Positions 26,065 through 37,700 of a stretch of DNA of 64,000 bases are shown in pieces (within the stretch, counting starts at the first letter, position 1; every line of letters starts with the position of its first letter). The notes beneath the pieces were generated by a model, which did not search any database, had not been told where the DNA came from, and saw only the letters and a list, made by a program, of their open reading frames with translations. The position numbers and the translations under genes are program-made. The stretch lies in the IMG/VR virus record IMGVR_UViG_3300031784_000003, one strand, 5' to 3'. Source of the stretch: a virus (lineage: Duplodnaviria; Caudoviricetes).

Positions 26065-29000
26065 ATGTCTAAATCATTTAGAATTAGGACAACACCAGGT
26101 AATGATAATGGATATTTAAAAGTTAATGTTGATCTTAATCAGAACTACGATCATTTAGAAATATTAAGTTTAAAAATATCTCAAAACGATGACTACCAAA
26201 GTTTTTGTGCTGAATATGGTGTAATTGCGGGTAGAGTCATTATAAATAATGGGTTTGGTGTACCAAATGTTAGGGTATCTATATTTGTACCTGTAGATGA
26301 AGTCGATTTGAGTGATCCAGTTAAATCTGCAATATATCCATATACAGAACCATTTCCTGATCAAAAAAACAAAAATGGTATACGATATAATGTATTACCA
26401 AAAAACCAACAAACATTAGATCATACTCCTGTTGGGACTTTTCCAAAGAAAAGAGAAGTATTAGATAATAATACTACTTTAGAAATTTATGAAAAGTATT
26501 ATAAATATACTACTACAACCAATGAGGCAGGTGATTATATTTTATTTGGTGTACCTGTAGGGGATCATTTCTTACATTATGATATGGATGTAAGTGATAT
26601 TGGTTTTTTATCGGTTAGACCATTTGAATTGATTGAACAAGGATATAGTGATGACTTATTTAAAGATAGGTTTAAATTTAAATCGTCTAATAATTTAGAT
26701 AGTTTACCACAAATTTTTTCTGAAAATATACCTGTTAGAGTTGAACCTTACTGGTGTGATAGTTTAAGTGTGGGTAATGCGTTAGGTATTAATAGATATG
26801 ATATTTCTATTAATAATTTAGAATTAACCCCTACTGCAATTTTTATGGGTAGTGTTTTTACTGATGACGAAAAAGATTCTTTAAATAAGAATTGTAAACC
26901 TGCCAGAGAAATGGGTAAAATGAATGAAGTTGTCACAGGTCCTGGTAATGTAGAAGCAATTAGAAGAACCGTAGATGGTACAATAGAAAGATATAGTTTT
27001 AAGGGTAATGGAATAGATGAAAATGGTAACTGGTCTTTATTAGTTCCTATGAATATAAGAAAAGTTGTTACTGACGAATTTGGTAATTTAGTTCCTTCTC
27101 CTGATGGTATAAAAGGTGTTGCAACTGAAGGTGATTATAGATTCAGAATATCTATGGATGCAACAACAAATGACCAAAGATTAAGACAAAGGGCGAAATT
27201 CTTAGTTCCAAATACAAACAACAACTTCAATTTTGGTGAATATAGTTCAAAAGATTTAAAAAATAGTCAAGATTTTACAATAAATAAACAATTATCTACT
27301 ATAACGACAGGAACACCTTATGCGACTGATTTAAGAAATCAATATAACTACTTAGAAGAATTTTATCCATTTAGATGGAAAAAAGTGTATACCGTTAAAC
27401 AGTATATCGGTAGAATGCAAAAAATACAAAATGATGAGGCTAGAGGATTTATTGGTATTAAAGATATATTAAATGCTGAAGGTGTAAATAAATTTCCAAC
27501 AAATAGAATAGATATAAATCTAAATCCGATATATACTATAATATGTTTATTATTAACATTATTTGGGCATGTTGTGGGTTTCTTAAATGGTATTCTTAAT
27601 ATTATTAATGGTTTAATTACTGCAATATGTTCTATAAAAATACCTGTCGGATTTGGTCTTGATTGGAATATCGATTTTGTTGCCTTCACCTTTAAAGTTT
27701 GGATAACAATCGATTATAAATGTATTTTTAGTCCTCTCTTATGTAGATTTTGTAAAAATATTTGTACAAATGATAAACATAGTTGTTGTCCGTATAATTG
27801 GGCAGAAGGTTGTTATAGTAATAATGCAATTGAAAACATACCTGCAAAAGATGGTCCACCTGACTATATACCTTGTTGTCGTACGTGTTGTGTTAAAGTG
27901 CCTTTAATACCTTTAAAATGTTCTGATGAAGGCAAAAATTATATAATAACTTTAATAAAAACACCATTTGGTGACAACAGTGGGTGTAATTCACCATATG
28001 TAAGACCTTTCTCTTGTAAAAATTGTGGTGGTATACAAACACCAGGTATAAAAGATTGGGTATCATGTGTCATGGAACCAGTTGCAGTATTTTTAAGGAT
28101 GCTTAAGTTTGATTTTTATAATGATTGGGTTGGTGGTTCACTTTATTTCCCATTAATTAAAAGAAAATATAAATTAAAAAAATCTAAAAGAAAATTTGGA
28201 CAAATTAAAAAAGATAAATTTTGTGATTTCGATTGTAGAGAAAGAGGTAATAGTAGTAATTTTCAAGGTAATCCTACTTTTAATCAGTGGAGAATTAAAA
28301 TAAAATCCATTGTGTTCGCAAATCCTAGAATAACAGTAAATGGGTGTACTGCAAAAATAAAAGGTAGAAGAGTTACTGATTGGTATGGGACAGAAGAAAA
28401 TGATCTCCAAACACCTAACTTAAATTTGGCAGTTAAAGAATTAGAATTTAAAGGTAATACTAGTTCTTTTGATGGGTGTGTGATAAAATTTGATACGTTT
28501 GCGTCATTTCAAAATACGTTTAATAGTCAAGGTATTCCTTACGAAATAAAAGATAGAGAAGTTCCAGGGGAACATGGTAAACCAGAATATGTAGAAAGTG
28601 TTGATCCTAACGGAACAACTTCTTGGGAAAACATTGGTGGTCATGGTCACCATAGAAATATATGTGACAACACTAGAATGATAGAAAGAAAAGAATATTT
28701 TAAAACTTCTTTAGATTGTACAACGGTTAGTGTGGGAGGTGTGAAAGACGAGTTTGTGCCAGAAACGAGTGGTTTCGACAAGTTCAACGAACCTACAAGT
28801 GAAGGTGGTACTGGTGGAGAAAGCAACGTTTGTCCAGAATATACTTGTGAACCTGATTGTGGTTCTAATGGTATTGCACCTTGTGTATATGATAAAGCAA
28901 AATATGAACAATATACTCAAATTGTTAAACATGGTTTAATTAGTTGGTCAGAAAATGAAATATATTATACCCCATACATTTCTAATTCAGATGTTAAATT

Positions 29001-30045
29001 TAATAAAATAGAATATAAGGCAAATTTGATGTTACCTACAACTATAATGGAATTGGGTAGTAGTGTTTATTGTGATATAGATGATGTCCCATTTATTTTA
29101 GAATCCATACCAACCACAACATTTAATGTGAGTTATGAAGAAATTAAATATAGTATTGGTCAAAAACAATCATACACTAATGGTAGTACATATAAACCTA
29201 TTTTAAAATTTGATGATAGAAAAGACATTTCATTAAATCTTAGAGCTTATGTAGAATTCTCTTGTTTTAGTACAGTATGTAGTAATATTGCGGCAACTGT
29301 TAATCAGTCGCAATTAGGTGTGAGTATGATAGATACTAATGATATTGGTATCGAAATAGGTAATTGTTTTTTAAGATTTGAACATGATGAAGAAGTTAGA
29401 CAATATTTTTGTAAACGTTTTAACGGATATAAATCACCTAATTTAAATTTTCATCACAGTAGACCAGGATCAATCGAATTCGATAACAATTATCAAACTT
29501 ACCCATCAATATCCTTATCTGATGGTGCACCACTTTATTATAAATTAGATGGTGAATATATATTATCAGAATATAATGATGGTGATTCATTTATACCTGG
29601 AGACGCTTGTGGATATAGAAACACAAATAATACTTCAGACTATTTTTATGGTTTAGCACCTGGTCAAACATCAACATTTATTAATTACCCTAATGGATCA
29701 CAAACAATTAATTTTGGTCAAACCGCTTACGGTAATGGTGTTGATTTAGTAAATGATGATGTAAATGGTGATGAAGATATTTATGGTATTACATTTAATA
29801 GGATACAAACACCATATTACCTTTATTTTGGATTAGTACCCGGAAAAACTACTTTACATAAAACAGTTTCTTTATTCTTTGCGGATAAAATAAGTGCGAC
29901 TACACTTAAAGGTATAGGGGCATCAAATAATAAAGTAGATAGTAATGTTAATAATACACCTAATATTAATAGTGGTACTGAAAATAATTTCACTGTTTAT
30001 AAAACTTGTTTAGGTGAGACTTTAGTAAAACAAATTAAAAAATAA
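26065..30045 (+). CDS. Large Cys-rich structural protein with N-terminal carboxypeptidase-regulatory-like Ig fold and a hydrophobic hairpin
   Basis: GVIAGRVII..GVPNVRVSI..TTTNEAGDYILFGVPVG motif; hydrophobic stretch near 27530-27720; many Cys clusters; baseplate-block context. Confidence 0.55.
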   Translation: MSKSFRIRTTPGNDNGYLKVNVDLNQNYDHLEILSLKISQNDDYQSFCAEYGVIAGRVIINNGFGVPNVRVSIFVPVDEVDLSDPVKSAIYPYTEPFPDQKNKNGIRYNVLPKNQQTLDHTPVGTFPKKREVLDNNTTLEIYEKYYKYTTTTNEAGDYILFGVPVGDHFLHYDMDVSDIGFLSVRPFELIEQGYSDDLFKDRFKFKSSNNLDSLPQIFSENIPVRVEPYWCDSLSVGNALGINRYDISINNLELTPTAIFMGSVFTDDEKDSLNKNCKPAREMGKMNEVVTGPGNVEAIRRTVDGTIERYSFKGNGIDENGNWSLLVPMNIRKVVTDEFGNLVPSPDGIKGVATEGDYRFRISMDATTNDQRLRQRAKFLVPNTNNNFNFGEYSSKDLKNSQDFTINKQLSTITTGTPYATDLRNQYNYLEEFYPFRWKKVYTVKQYIGRMQKIQNDEARGFIGIKDILNAEGVNKFPTNRIDINLNPIYTIICLLLTLFGHVVGFLNGILNIINGLITAICSIKIPVGFGLDWNIDFVAFTFKVWITIDYKCIFSPLLCRFCKNICTNDKHSCCPYNWAEGCYSNNAIENIPAKDGPPDYIPCCRTCCVKVPLIPLKCSDEGKNYIITLIKTPFGDNSGCNSPYVRPFSCKNCGGIQTPGIKDWVSCVMEPVAVFLRMLKFDFYNDWVGGSLYFPLIKRKYKLKKSKRKFGQIKKDKFCDFDCRERGNSSNFQGNPTFNQWRIKIKSIVFANPRITVNGCTAKIKGRRVTDWYGTEENDLQTPNLNLAVKELEFKGNTSSFDGCVIKFDTFASFQNTFNSQGIPYEIKDREVPGEHGKPEYVESVDPNGTTSWENIGGHGHHRNICDNTRMIERKEYFKTSLDCTTVSVGGVKDEFVPETSGFDKFNEPTSEGGTGGESNVCPEYTCEPDCGSNGIAPCVYDKAKYEQYTQIVKHGLISWSENEIYYTPYISNSDVKFNKIEYKANLMLPTTIMELGSSVYCDIDDVPFILESIPTTTFNVSYEEIKYSIGQKQSYTNGSTYKPILKFDDRKDISLNLRAYVEFSCFSTVCSNIAATVNQSQLGVSMIDTNDIGIEIGNCFLRFEHDEEVRQYFCKRFNGYKSPNLNFHHSRPGSIEFDNNYQTYPSISLSDGAPLYYKLDGEYILSEYNDGDSFIPGDACGYRNTNNTSDYFYGLAPGQTSTFINYPNGSQTINFGQTAYGNGVDLVNDDVNGDEDIYGITFNRIQTPYYLYFGLVPGKTTLHKTVSLFFADKISATTLKGIGASNNKVDSNVNNTPNINSGTENNFTVYKTCLGETLVKQIKK

Positions 30046-30060
30046 TTATATTTTAGATAT

Positions 30061-32076
30061 ATGGAAGAAACTAAAAAAATATTATTAAATAGCTCTAGAT
30101 TACCAAATAACGTTAATGTAGACACACAAATTCAATTAGGTATAGAAAATATTACTAAACCTATACCATTGAATGATGTAGATACTACAGTAAGTCAATA
30201 TGAACAATTTGAAAAGGAACGAAAAGAAAGTAATATATACAGATTTTATGGTGTAGTAAAACCCGTAATAAGTAATCCTTTGTTTAATAAAAATGTTAAG
30301 ATATATAAAGATGATAAAAATAATGTTGTTAGTAAGACAATATTAAGTAGTAGTATTTTTGAAAAGAATGGTTGGGTAGGGTATTTTAATGATGAACTTG
30401 ATCAGACTGCATTACAGTTTAATGATAATAAAAGTGCATTGTGTGAATTTTTCCCATTTGATCCGGGATATGATAGATTAAATTTTTTAGATAGTGATGG
30501 TACACAAAATTTTTTGATTAAAATAACATACCCATTTAAAACTAAAGATATTGTTTTAGTAAAAAATAATACAAATGTTTCATTAAAAGATGGTATCCCT
30601 ATTATTGAAAAATTTTTAATTAAATTAAATGGTAGAAATTATACGGGATTTAGAACTGCGATGAATCATGGGTTAATTGAGGGAGATAGGATTAGTTTAT
30701 TAAAATTTACTGATAATACATCAAATAATACATTAAACCTTAACTCAAAATTCTATAGAGTATTTAAATTAGGTAACGAAACTAATGATAATAAACTTAG
30801 AAATTTTGTAATTGATGTTGATCCTAACGATATAAGTTTTACGATTGGTGTAAGTACAGTAAAAAGGGTAGTTAAAGATAAACCTTCGTCATATTATGTT
30901 AGACAATTTAAATCATTAACTAGTTCAGACTATAAAGATTATGATTTATATCCTGCAGCGTATGGAGTTACCTATTTTGATGATAATGTTGCGGCGTTTA
31001 ACTTTAAAAAAGATATTAATATTACTGGTTTAGTCGATAATTTAAATAGACCTTTAACAGAATTATATCTTACAATTATAAAAAATGATAATGACACATC
31101 TTCAGGAAATATATCAACACAGTATTGGTTAAATAAACAAAAAAATTTACAAATTCCTTTTAACACTAGATTTTGGACTAAAATTTCTGCAGGTTATCTT
31201 TTAGAGAATAATACTAATATAAATTATAATATTAGATCTTACGGAGATACGAATTATAATGGTTCAACATATTTTGAAAACATTGATGAATCAGATGATG
31301 TATTTGATGGGGATATTGTTGAATATAATGAGTCTGAATTACTAGAAAGAAGATTAGAAATCATATATCATAGAGTCAATACAGTTTATAGAGAGAAATT
31401 AAATAGTATTGATTCTACACAAGAAAATAAAAAAGAGGGTTACATTTATTCACCATTTAATTTAATTCAAATTAAAGAATTTATGAACTATATAAATCCA
31501 ATAGTAGATTTACAATCTATTGTGGATAAATATAATATAACTAATCCTATAGAAATTGACGATTTAAGGAAGGCATTTAAAATACCTGATTACGCCACAC
31601 AAATAGCACCAAATATATATAAGTGGAGAGATATTATGGAAATTGGTGAATTTGATAGTACGGGTAATGGTGTTGATTATCCTTTTGAGGATGGGGCACA
31701 TTACATATATTTAGATAAAAGATTCTACTTCCAAAGACAAGACCCTCCTTGTGAATTTGTTTTAATATCGGAAGACATTACATTAGGTTCATCGGATGTT
31801 GGAAACGTACAACAGAATAAATTTTTAAAATTATTGGAGGATCCTACATTTTTACAATATAGATTTAAATCAGGAAGTGCAATATCTGGTGTAATAAACA
31901 GTAGTGGCTCAAACGGTGTATTAAATTTAGTGAACTATAATGGTGTTACTCCTTTAGAATTAGAGGTTACTTTGGCAGATTATATAGGTGAATATGAATT
32001 AGGTAAAAGAGATGTTGGGGGATCTTGTATTGACTTATCACTAATAAAAGAAAAAGATATTGATGATGTTTGTTGA
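30061..32076 (+). CDS. Putative structural (baseplate/fibre) protein
   Basis: 671-aa ORF in the structural block; beta-rich Asn/Tyr composition. Confidence 0.5.
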   Translation: MEETKKILLNSSRLPNNVNVDTQIQLGIENITKPIPLNDVDTTVSQYEQFEKERKESNIYRFYGVVKPVISNPLFNKNVKIYKDDKNNVVSKTILSSSIFEKNGWVGYFNDELDQTALQFNDNKSALCEFFPFDPGYDRLNFLDSDGTQNFLIKITYPFKTKDIVLVKNNTNVSLKDGIPIIEKFLIKLNGRNYTGFRTAMNHGLIEGDRISLLKFTDNTSNNTLNLNSKFYRVFKLGNETNDNKLRNFVIDVDPNDISFTIGVSTVKRVVKDKPSSYYVRQFKSLTSSDYKDYDLYPAAYGVTYFDDNVAAFNFKKDINITGLVDNLNRPLTELYLTIIKNDNDTSSGNISTQYWLNKQKNLQIPFNTRFWTKISAGYLLENNTNINYNIRSYGDTNYNGSTYFENIDESDDVFDGDIVEYNESELLERRLEIIYHRVNTVYREKLNSIDSTQENKKEGYIYSPFNLIQIKEFMNYINPIVDLQSIVDKYNITNPIEIDDLRKAFKIPDYATQIAPNIYKWRDIMEIGEFDSTGNGVDYPFEDGAHYIYLDKRFYFQRQDPPCEFVLISEDITLGSSDVGNVQQNKFLKLLEDPTFLQYRFKSGSAISGVINSSGSNGVLNLVNYNGVTPLELEVTLADYIGEYELGKRDVGGSCIDLSLIKEKDIDDVC

Positions 32077-32965
32077 TAAAAGAAAAATATTAATTGATAA
32101 TATTGGTAGTGGGACTACTATTGATATAGTATTGGGAACTAACTTTTTCCCTGTTGATAATTCAGAATTGATACAAGTTAAATTTGTAGATGAAGAAGTA
32201 AAAAAATCTATAAACCCAATAGTAGACTATAAAAAGGTAATTTTTAAACCTGCTAGAATTAATCCACAGACAGGTGCTTGGGATTTGATTGAATCGTTTA
32301 AAATTAATTTAAATTTTTATACTCCTGAATCAATAGAAAATGGTTCACCTATACATAGGGGAACGGGTGCAGAACCTGGAGTATATAAAGATTTAGGGTT
32401 TTTATTTGATGATGTTTTTTGTAGGACAAATAGGTTTATAAATAGTTTTTTCAGAATATCTTTATACGATAAACCTTATAGTGGGCAAAATAAACTATTA
32501 AGTTTTTATGATGTCTATACTCAGGTAGGTAATGATCAGGAAAATTCTTTTGGGTTTACATTACCTATAGAATCTTGTCCGATAACATTCACTTTGGGTG
32601 ATCCTGTCACACAACCTGATAAAGTTAATGAAGGATTTCAAATATATTGGTTTAAAGATTTAGTTGATAATGCTCCTAATAAAGAATATGACCTTTATGC
32701 CGTTTTACAGTTTAATAATGCAGGTAATGGTAAGACATATGATATGGCGGCATCAAAAGCCATTAACCCTAATAATATAACAGTTTCTAATTTAGAAGGT
32801 AATCAAGGATTATTATATTTAAGAATAACTTTAAAAAATGATAATGGTGTTTACAAATATATGTTTAAACCAAATTCAAAACAGATTCAATTACCACCAG
32901 GGGTTAATTTAAATCCTTCAAACGGAGGGATACCTACATTAACTTTTTGGCAAATAACTCCTTAG
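32063..32965 (+). CDS. Putative structural protein
   Basis: About 300 aa, overlapping the upstream stop; start uncertain (32060, 32063 or 32066). Confidence 0.5.
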   Translation: MMFVDKRKILIDNIGSGTTIDIVLGTNFFPVDNSELIQVKFVDEEVKKSINPIVDYKKVIFKPARINPQTGAWDLIESFKINLNFYTPESIENGSPIHRGTGAEPGVYKDLGFLFDDVFCRTNRFINSFFRISLYDKPYSGQNKLLSFYDVYTQVGNDQENSFGFTLPIESCPITFTLGDPVTQPDKVNEGFQIYWFKDLVDNAPNKEYDLYAVLQFNNAGNGKTYDMAASKAINPNNITVSNLEGNQGLLYLRITLKNDNGVYKYMFKPNSKQIQLPPGVNLNPSNGGIPTLTFWQITP

Positions 32966-32978
32966 AATATTTATTAAT

Positions 32979-33854
32979 ATGGAAATAATTAGAAAAAAAA
33001 GGAATTTAGAGAATTATACTGTAAGAAGTATACCTAAAAGTGTTTTAAAAAAAGACGCTGATGGTAAAACTGTTATAGATGAAACAAACCCTAAATATTA
33101 TTATGGTAAAATTCCTGATTATAAAATAGATAAAGAAGGTAATTTTATTTTAAATTCTTTTGGGCAAAAAATTGTTAATACTATTGATGTCGACTTGTTT
33201 TTGACACAAGATATTGATGATATGGGATTATTTAGTGATCAAAGTTATATACCTAAAACACCACTTTTAAATAATAAACCTTTAGGGTTTAATTCTTTTG
33301 AGTATGGTAGATTGGCTGGTGCACCACTTAACTTCTATTTTAGTAATGTAGCAACAATTACGGGGACTACCGATGATGGTTTTTTAAAACAGGTTAAATC
33401 TTATAGAAAAGATTCATCTGGTAATGATATATACGTTCCTAATTTAAATGTATCACAAGACCCTAAAAATATTTTTGATGGGGTTTTAACGGATAGTTCT
33501 ACATTCACAACTTATAAAATTGGTGCGAATGTAAATAACATCCCAAATACAGGGGTTTTATTCACTACATATAAAAATGATTTTGTGAAAACAATTGACG
33601 AATTTGGTAAATCTATTACATATAATAAGACAGAATTTAAGGCATCAAACGGTGGATGGAATCAATATAACACATCTTTAAGTGCGAATATAAAAAAAGA
33701 AGAATTTTTAGGTGTAGTTTTTAAACCAGAAGTTAAGAGTGTAGTATTTATAAATAGAGGTATTGCTGATATATTTGAAAGACACGCAATATTATCTGAA
33801 ATAAAAACAACTAATGATATTGACACAAATAGGGGTGGATTTATAAGAATATAA
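32979..33854 (+). CDS. Putative structural protein
   Basis: 291 aa, preceded by TATTTAT at 32968-32974. Confidence 0.5.
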   Translation: MEIIRKKRNLENYTVRSIPKSVLKKDADGKTVIDETNPKYYYGKIPDYKIDKEGNFILNSFGQKIVNTIDVDLFLTQDIDDMGLFSDQSYIPKTPLLNNKPLGFNSFEYGRLAGAPLNFYFSNVATITGTTDDGFLKQVKSYRKDSSGNDIYVPNLNVSQDPKNIFDGVLTDSSTFTTYKIGANVNNIPNTGVLFTTYKNDFVKTIDEFGKSITYNKTEFKASNGGWNQYNTSLSANIKKEEFLGVVFKPEVKSVVFINRGIADIFERHAILSEIKTTNDIDTNRGGFIRI

Positions 33855-33864
33855 AAATAAAGTT

Positions 33865-34767
33865 ATGGCAACAGGAAATTACGGAACAATAAGACCAGCA
33901 GATGTATCAACACAGGATATAGAAATTTTTTACAGTTTCACACCAAATAGAGAATCGGTAACTGAAGTAGATTTACAACCTTTAGATCCTGCTCAAGTTT
34001 TGGTACCAGCAGCTAATCCTGATAATGTGAATGAAATATTTGGTGGTTTATATACGTTAAAATTACCTACTTCAGTATTTGGAACAAAGGGATTTTATAG
34101 TATAATAATTAGACCAAAACAAATAAGAGCGACAATTCAAGATTGTTCGATTTTAATTGATAATCAAGATGTAAAAGGTATTGTTTTCGATATCAATCAG
34201 ATTCCTTTAGAATTACAAAATAGATTTGAAAATGGTAATCTTGTTGGTTATAGGATTGAATATTTAAAAGAACAAAGTGGTACTGGACAGGATAAAATAC
34301 AAAATTTATTTAGAATTATAACATCAAATAACAGGGCATTACCAATAACTCAAAATCAAGGTAATTCTAATGCGTCGCAAGCGTATACGTTTAATGATAA
34401 TTCTACAAGTGTTTTTTGTACGGTTACACCCGCATCAGCACCTTCATTTAAACCTAACGCAACACCGTTTATTGGTAACCCACAACAAGAAGTTATAATA
34501 ACAAATACGTTTTTTAATCCAGTTATGTTGGAAATAGAAATGGTAGAGTATGATGAAGAAACTTTAGCATATGCATTATTCTCCAACCAAACAAAATCTT
34601 TAGAAGATGGTATTTATACTATATACAATTTCGGTAATGAAATTTATAGACAATACAATTTATATGAAGTTAAAGATCAATTTAGTGGTAAACCATTGTT
34701 TGAAGTTAGGGAACAAAAATTTACTATTGATCCTACAAAAGATTTTGATGACATAACTAATTTTTAA
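33865..34767 (+). CDS. Putative structural protein
   Basis: 300-aa beta-rich ORF in the baseplate block. Confidence 0.5.
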   Translation: MATGNYGTIRPADVSTQDIEIFYSFTPNRESVTEVDLQPLDPAQVLVPAANPDNVNEIFGGLYTLKLPTSVFGTKGFYSIIIRPKQIRATIQDCSILIDNQDVKGIVFDINQIPLELQNRFENGNLVGYRIEYLKEQSGTGQDKIQNLFRIITSNNRALPITQNQGNSNASQAYTFNDNSTSVFCTVTPASAPSFKPNATPFIGNPQQEVIITNTFFNPVMLEIEMVEYDEETLAYALFSNQTKSLEDGIYTIYNFGNEIYRQYNLYEVKDQFSGKPLFEVREQKFTIDPTKDFDDITNF

Positions 34768-34774
34768 AACGTAA

Positions 34775-37700
34775 ATGGCAAATAAAAGAATAAAAGTAGC
34801 AGGTTACGCCCAAAGAATATTTTTCAATGATAACATTGAATATAGGGATTTTAGTCCTGATTTAGTAGGATTACAACTTACTAGTGATGGAGGGACTACT
34901 CTATTTACTAATGGTAACTTTACAATATCGACAAATTTAGATCCTAAACCTGATACGTTATTTATACAGGGTAAGAAATCTAAATTTTTTACGTTAGAAG
35001 ATATTGTAGAGTCTGATACACCACAGTTAGAGATTCAAAAAAATATAAAAACTAAATTAAATATAGATTTAACAAATCCGTTAAGTTATATTTGGTATGG
35101 TTCTGCGAAAGAAATGGTAAAGGCTTCTTTAATTGAAATACAAGAAAAATGGCCTGCAGCGATTTATGTGGATAATAAAGTAGGTAGTGTTACTGGAAAC
35201 AATATCACTAACTATGTTTATGATATAGAATCCGATGAATCTACATTTACGGTTAATAGTAATTACTTTATTAACCCTTACGGTATTAAATACACTATTG
35301 ATGCTCAATATGTGGGTAATAACGATAGTGCAAATCCTTTAAGAAATTTTACTTTAAATTATGGTTCATATTTAATTGAACATAATGGAATTAGTAAAAA
35401 AATTAAAAGTATAACGCCTTCCACTCAAAAAACTAATTCTACTATTGAATTAGTGGTAGAAGGTAACCCATTTCCTGAATTGACAGGTATATACATACCT
35501 CAGTTATCATTTTTATTTAATAATGTAGATGGTTCAATACCATATTTTATTAAACCTAATGAATCGGAAATAGAAAAATTTTTTAGTGGATTAAATGAAT
35601 TACAGAGTAATTTATTAAATAGAAACATATACCCAAAATATAAATCTGAAGTTATTAGTACAAATTATACTGATGATGGTGTATTATTAACATCTAAATC
35701 AGTTTTAACTTTTCCTGTTTTAGATGATGGATACAATTTAAACTTTTTTGATAGTTTTTATATTGCCTATATCGATCAATTAAATGATTTAGGTAAAGGT
35801 TTAGATGATACAAAAACTGATATCATAGTAAGAAAATATACTACTGAAGCGATATCTAGTTTTGATACTGTCCCTAGAGCGGATGGAAACGACTTAGTTT
35901 TAAACGGTGAGAAAGCAACTAAACTATTAAGAATTTATGGTGTTGAGTTTGATTACGTTAAAAAATATATAAATGCAATTAAATTTGCACATGTTGTAAC
36001 ATACGATAAGAAGAATAATGTTCCAGATACTTTGATAAAAGATTTGGCATTAATGTTAGGTTTTGAACCTATTAATTTTATTGATAGTTCATCTTTAAGT
36101 AAATTATTTTTACCTAGTAATGGGTCAGGTTTATTTAGCGGGACTTCAACAAATCTAACTGAATCAGAGATTGATGTTGAATTATATAGGAGAATAATTT
36201 TAAATATTGCTTGGTTATGGAAAAGTAAAGGTTCTAGAAAAGCAGTAGAATTTTTATTTAGATTTATTGGGGCACCAGAGTCTTTGGCAAATTTCAATGA
36301 ATATGTGGTAATTGTCGATAAACCATTAGATATGGTAGAGATTAAAAAACTTTTATATCTATATACTGGTGACGTAAATTTAGATAATATACCATACGAT
36401 GAAAACGGTTTTCCGTTACCACCTATTAATGGAGATATTGTAATATCAAATTATATTGATCCAGAAACTGGAGAAATAGTAGAGAATGATTTTACAGAAA
36501 TGTACTTCCAAAAAGGGGGTGGTTGGTATAGAGAGACTTATGGGTCTAATAGTCCTATTGTTTTAAATGGTAATAATCCACATGTGGGAAAATATGATGG
36601 CGGTAATGAATATTTACAATACTTTAGTAGGTGTTTCATACCTAATTTTGATAATGAACCTACAGTAACTTTAACTGCAAAAACATTAGTACAAAATTAT
36701 TTTATTAATTATAATTATGGTATTTTTAATGGTATTAATGATAATTCTGAGATATTTACTAACCAATTAACATTTAACGCACTTACCAATAGTTATCAAC
36801 CAATTAATGAATGTTTAAACGTTAATTATTCGATAATAGAAACACCATTACAAAATGATGGTAAAACTACATTACAACAAGCGTTTTCTGGGGCACAGGC
36901 AGAGTATAATAGATACTTACAACTGATTAAAGAAAATAGTTATTTACAATATTCACCTGAATGGGAAACAATAAAAAATAATTATGAATTATCTTTAAAA
37001 AATTGTTTAAATGAAATATCAACAGAAAACTGTGATATTAACAAAACATTAGAAATATGTTTATCTGAGAACCCAAAAGATCTTGTGGTATATAGTTGTA
37101 ATAATTTAAATTTAGAAAATGCTTCCCCTTTTATATATTACACTAATAGTGATGGTGTAAAAGTATCTTTTGACGAATTCCCATCATGTTGTGCATCACA
37201 GGACGCAAAATATGTTTCATATGTAAATGAATATGGTAGACAAACAGAATATTGTTCTAGTTTAGCACCTTGTGTTGGTAACCCTATTTCAACTTTACCT
37301 AACGGTGTTATAGAATTTGAAATGGTTAACAACACCACACCAAAAGATATAATACAAATAGAAACTAGGTGTTTTCAATATATTAATACTACCATTAGTT
37401 TTGAAGATTTTAGTGCTCGAGTTGATGCAACATCATATGTTAGCGATTTTTGTTTAGGCTTTGTTGATAGGGAGTTTACTTACCAATATGGTTATGGTCG
37501 CACTAATTGTGGAACATATTTTAAAGAAGTTACTTGTAATAGTACATCGATTGTTAGTAGTCCTGAATGTTGTGCTTGGTATGGGTATGGTTTTGAAATA
37601 ATTGAACAAGGGGATTATAAATTTATTGTTTGTAAAGAAAAAAATCAACTTACTACCCCTGGACCTAGAAGAACAGGTATTGGTACAAAATATTATAATG

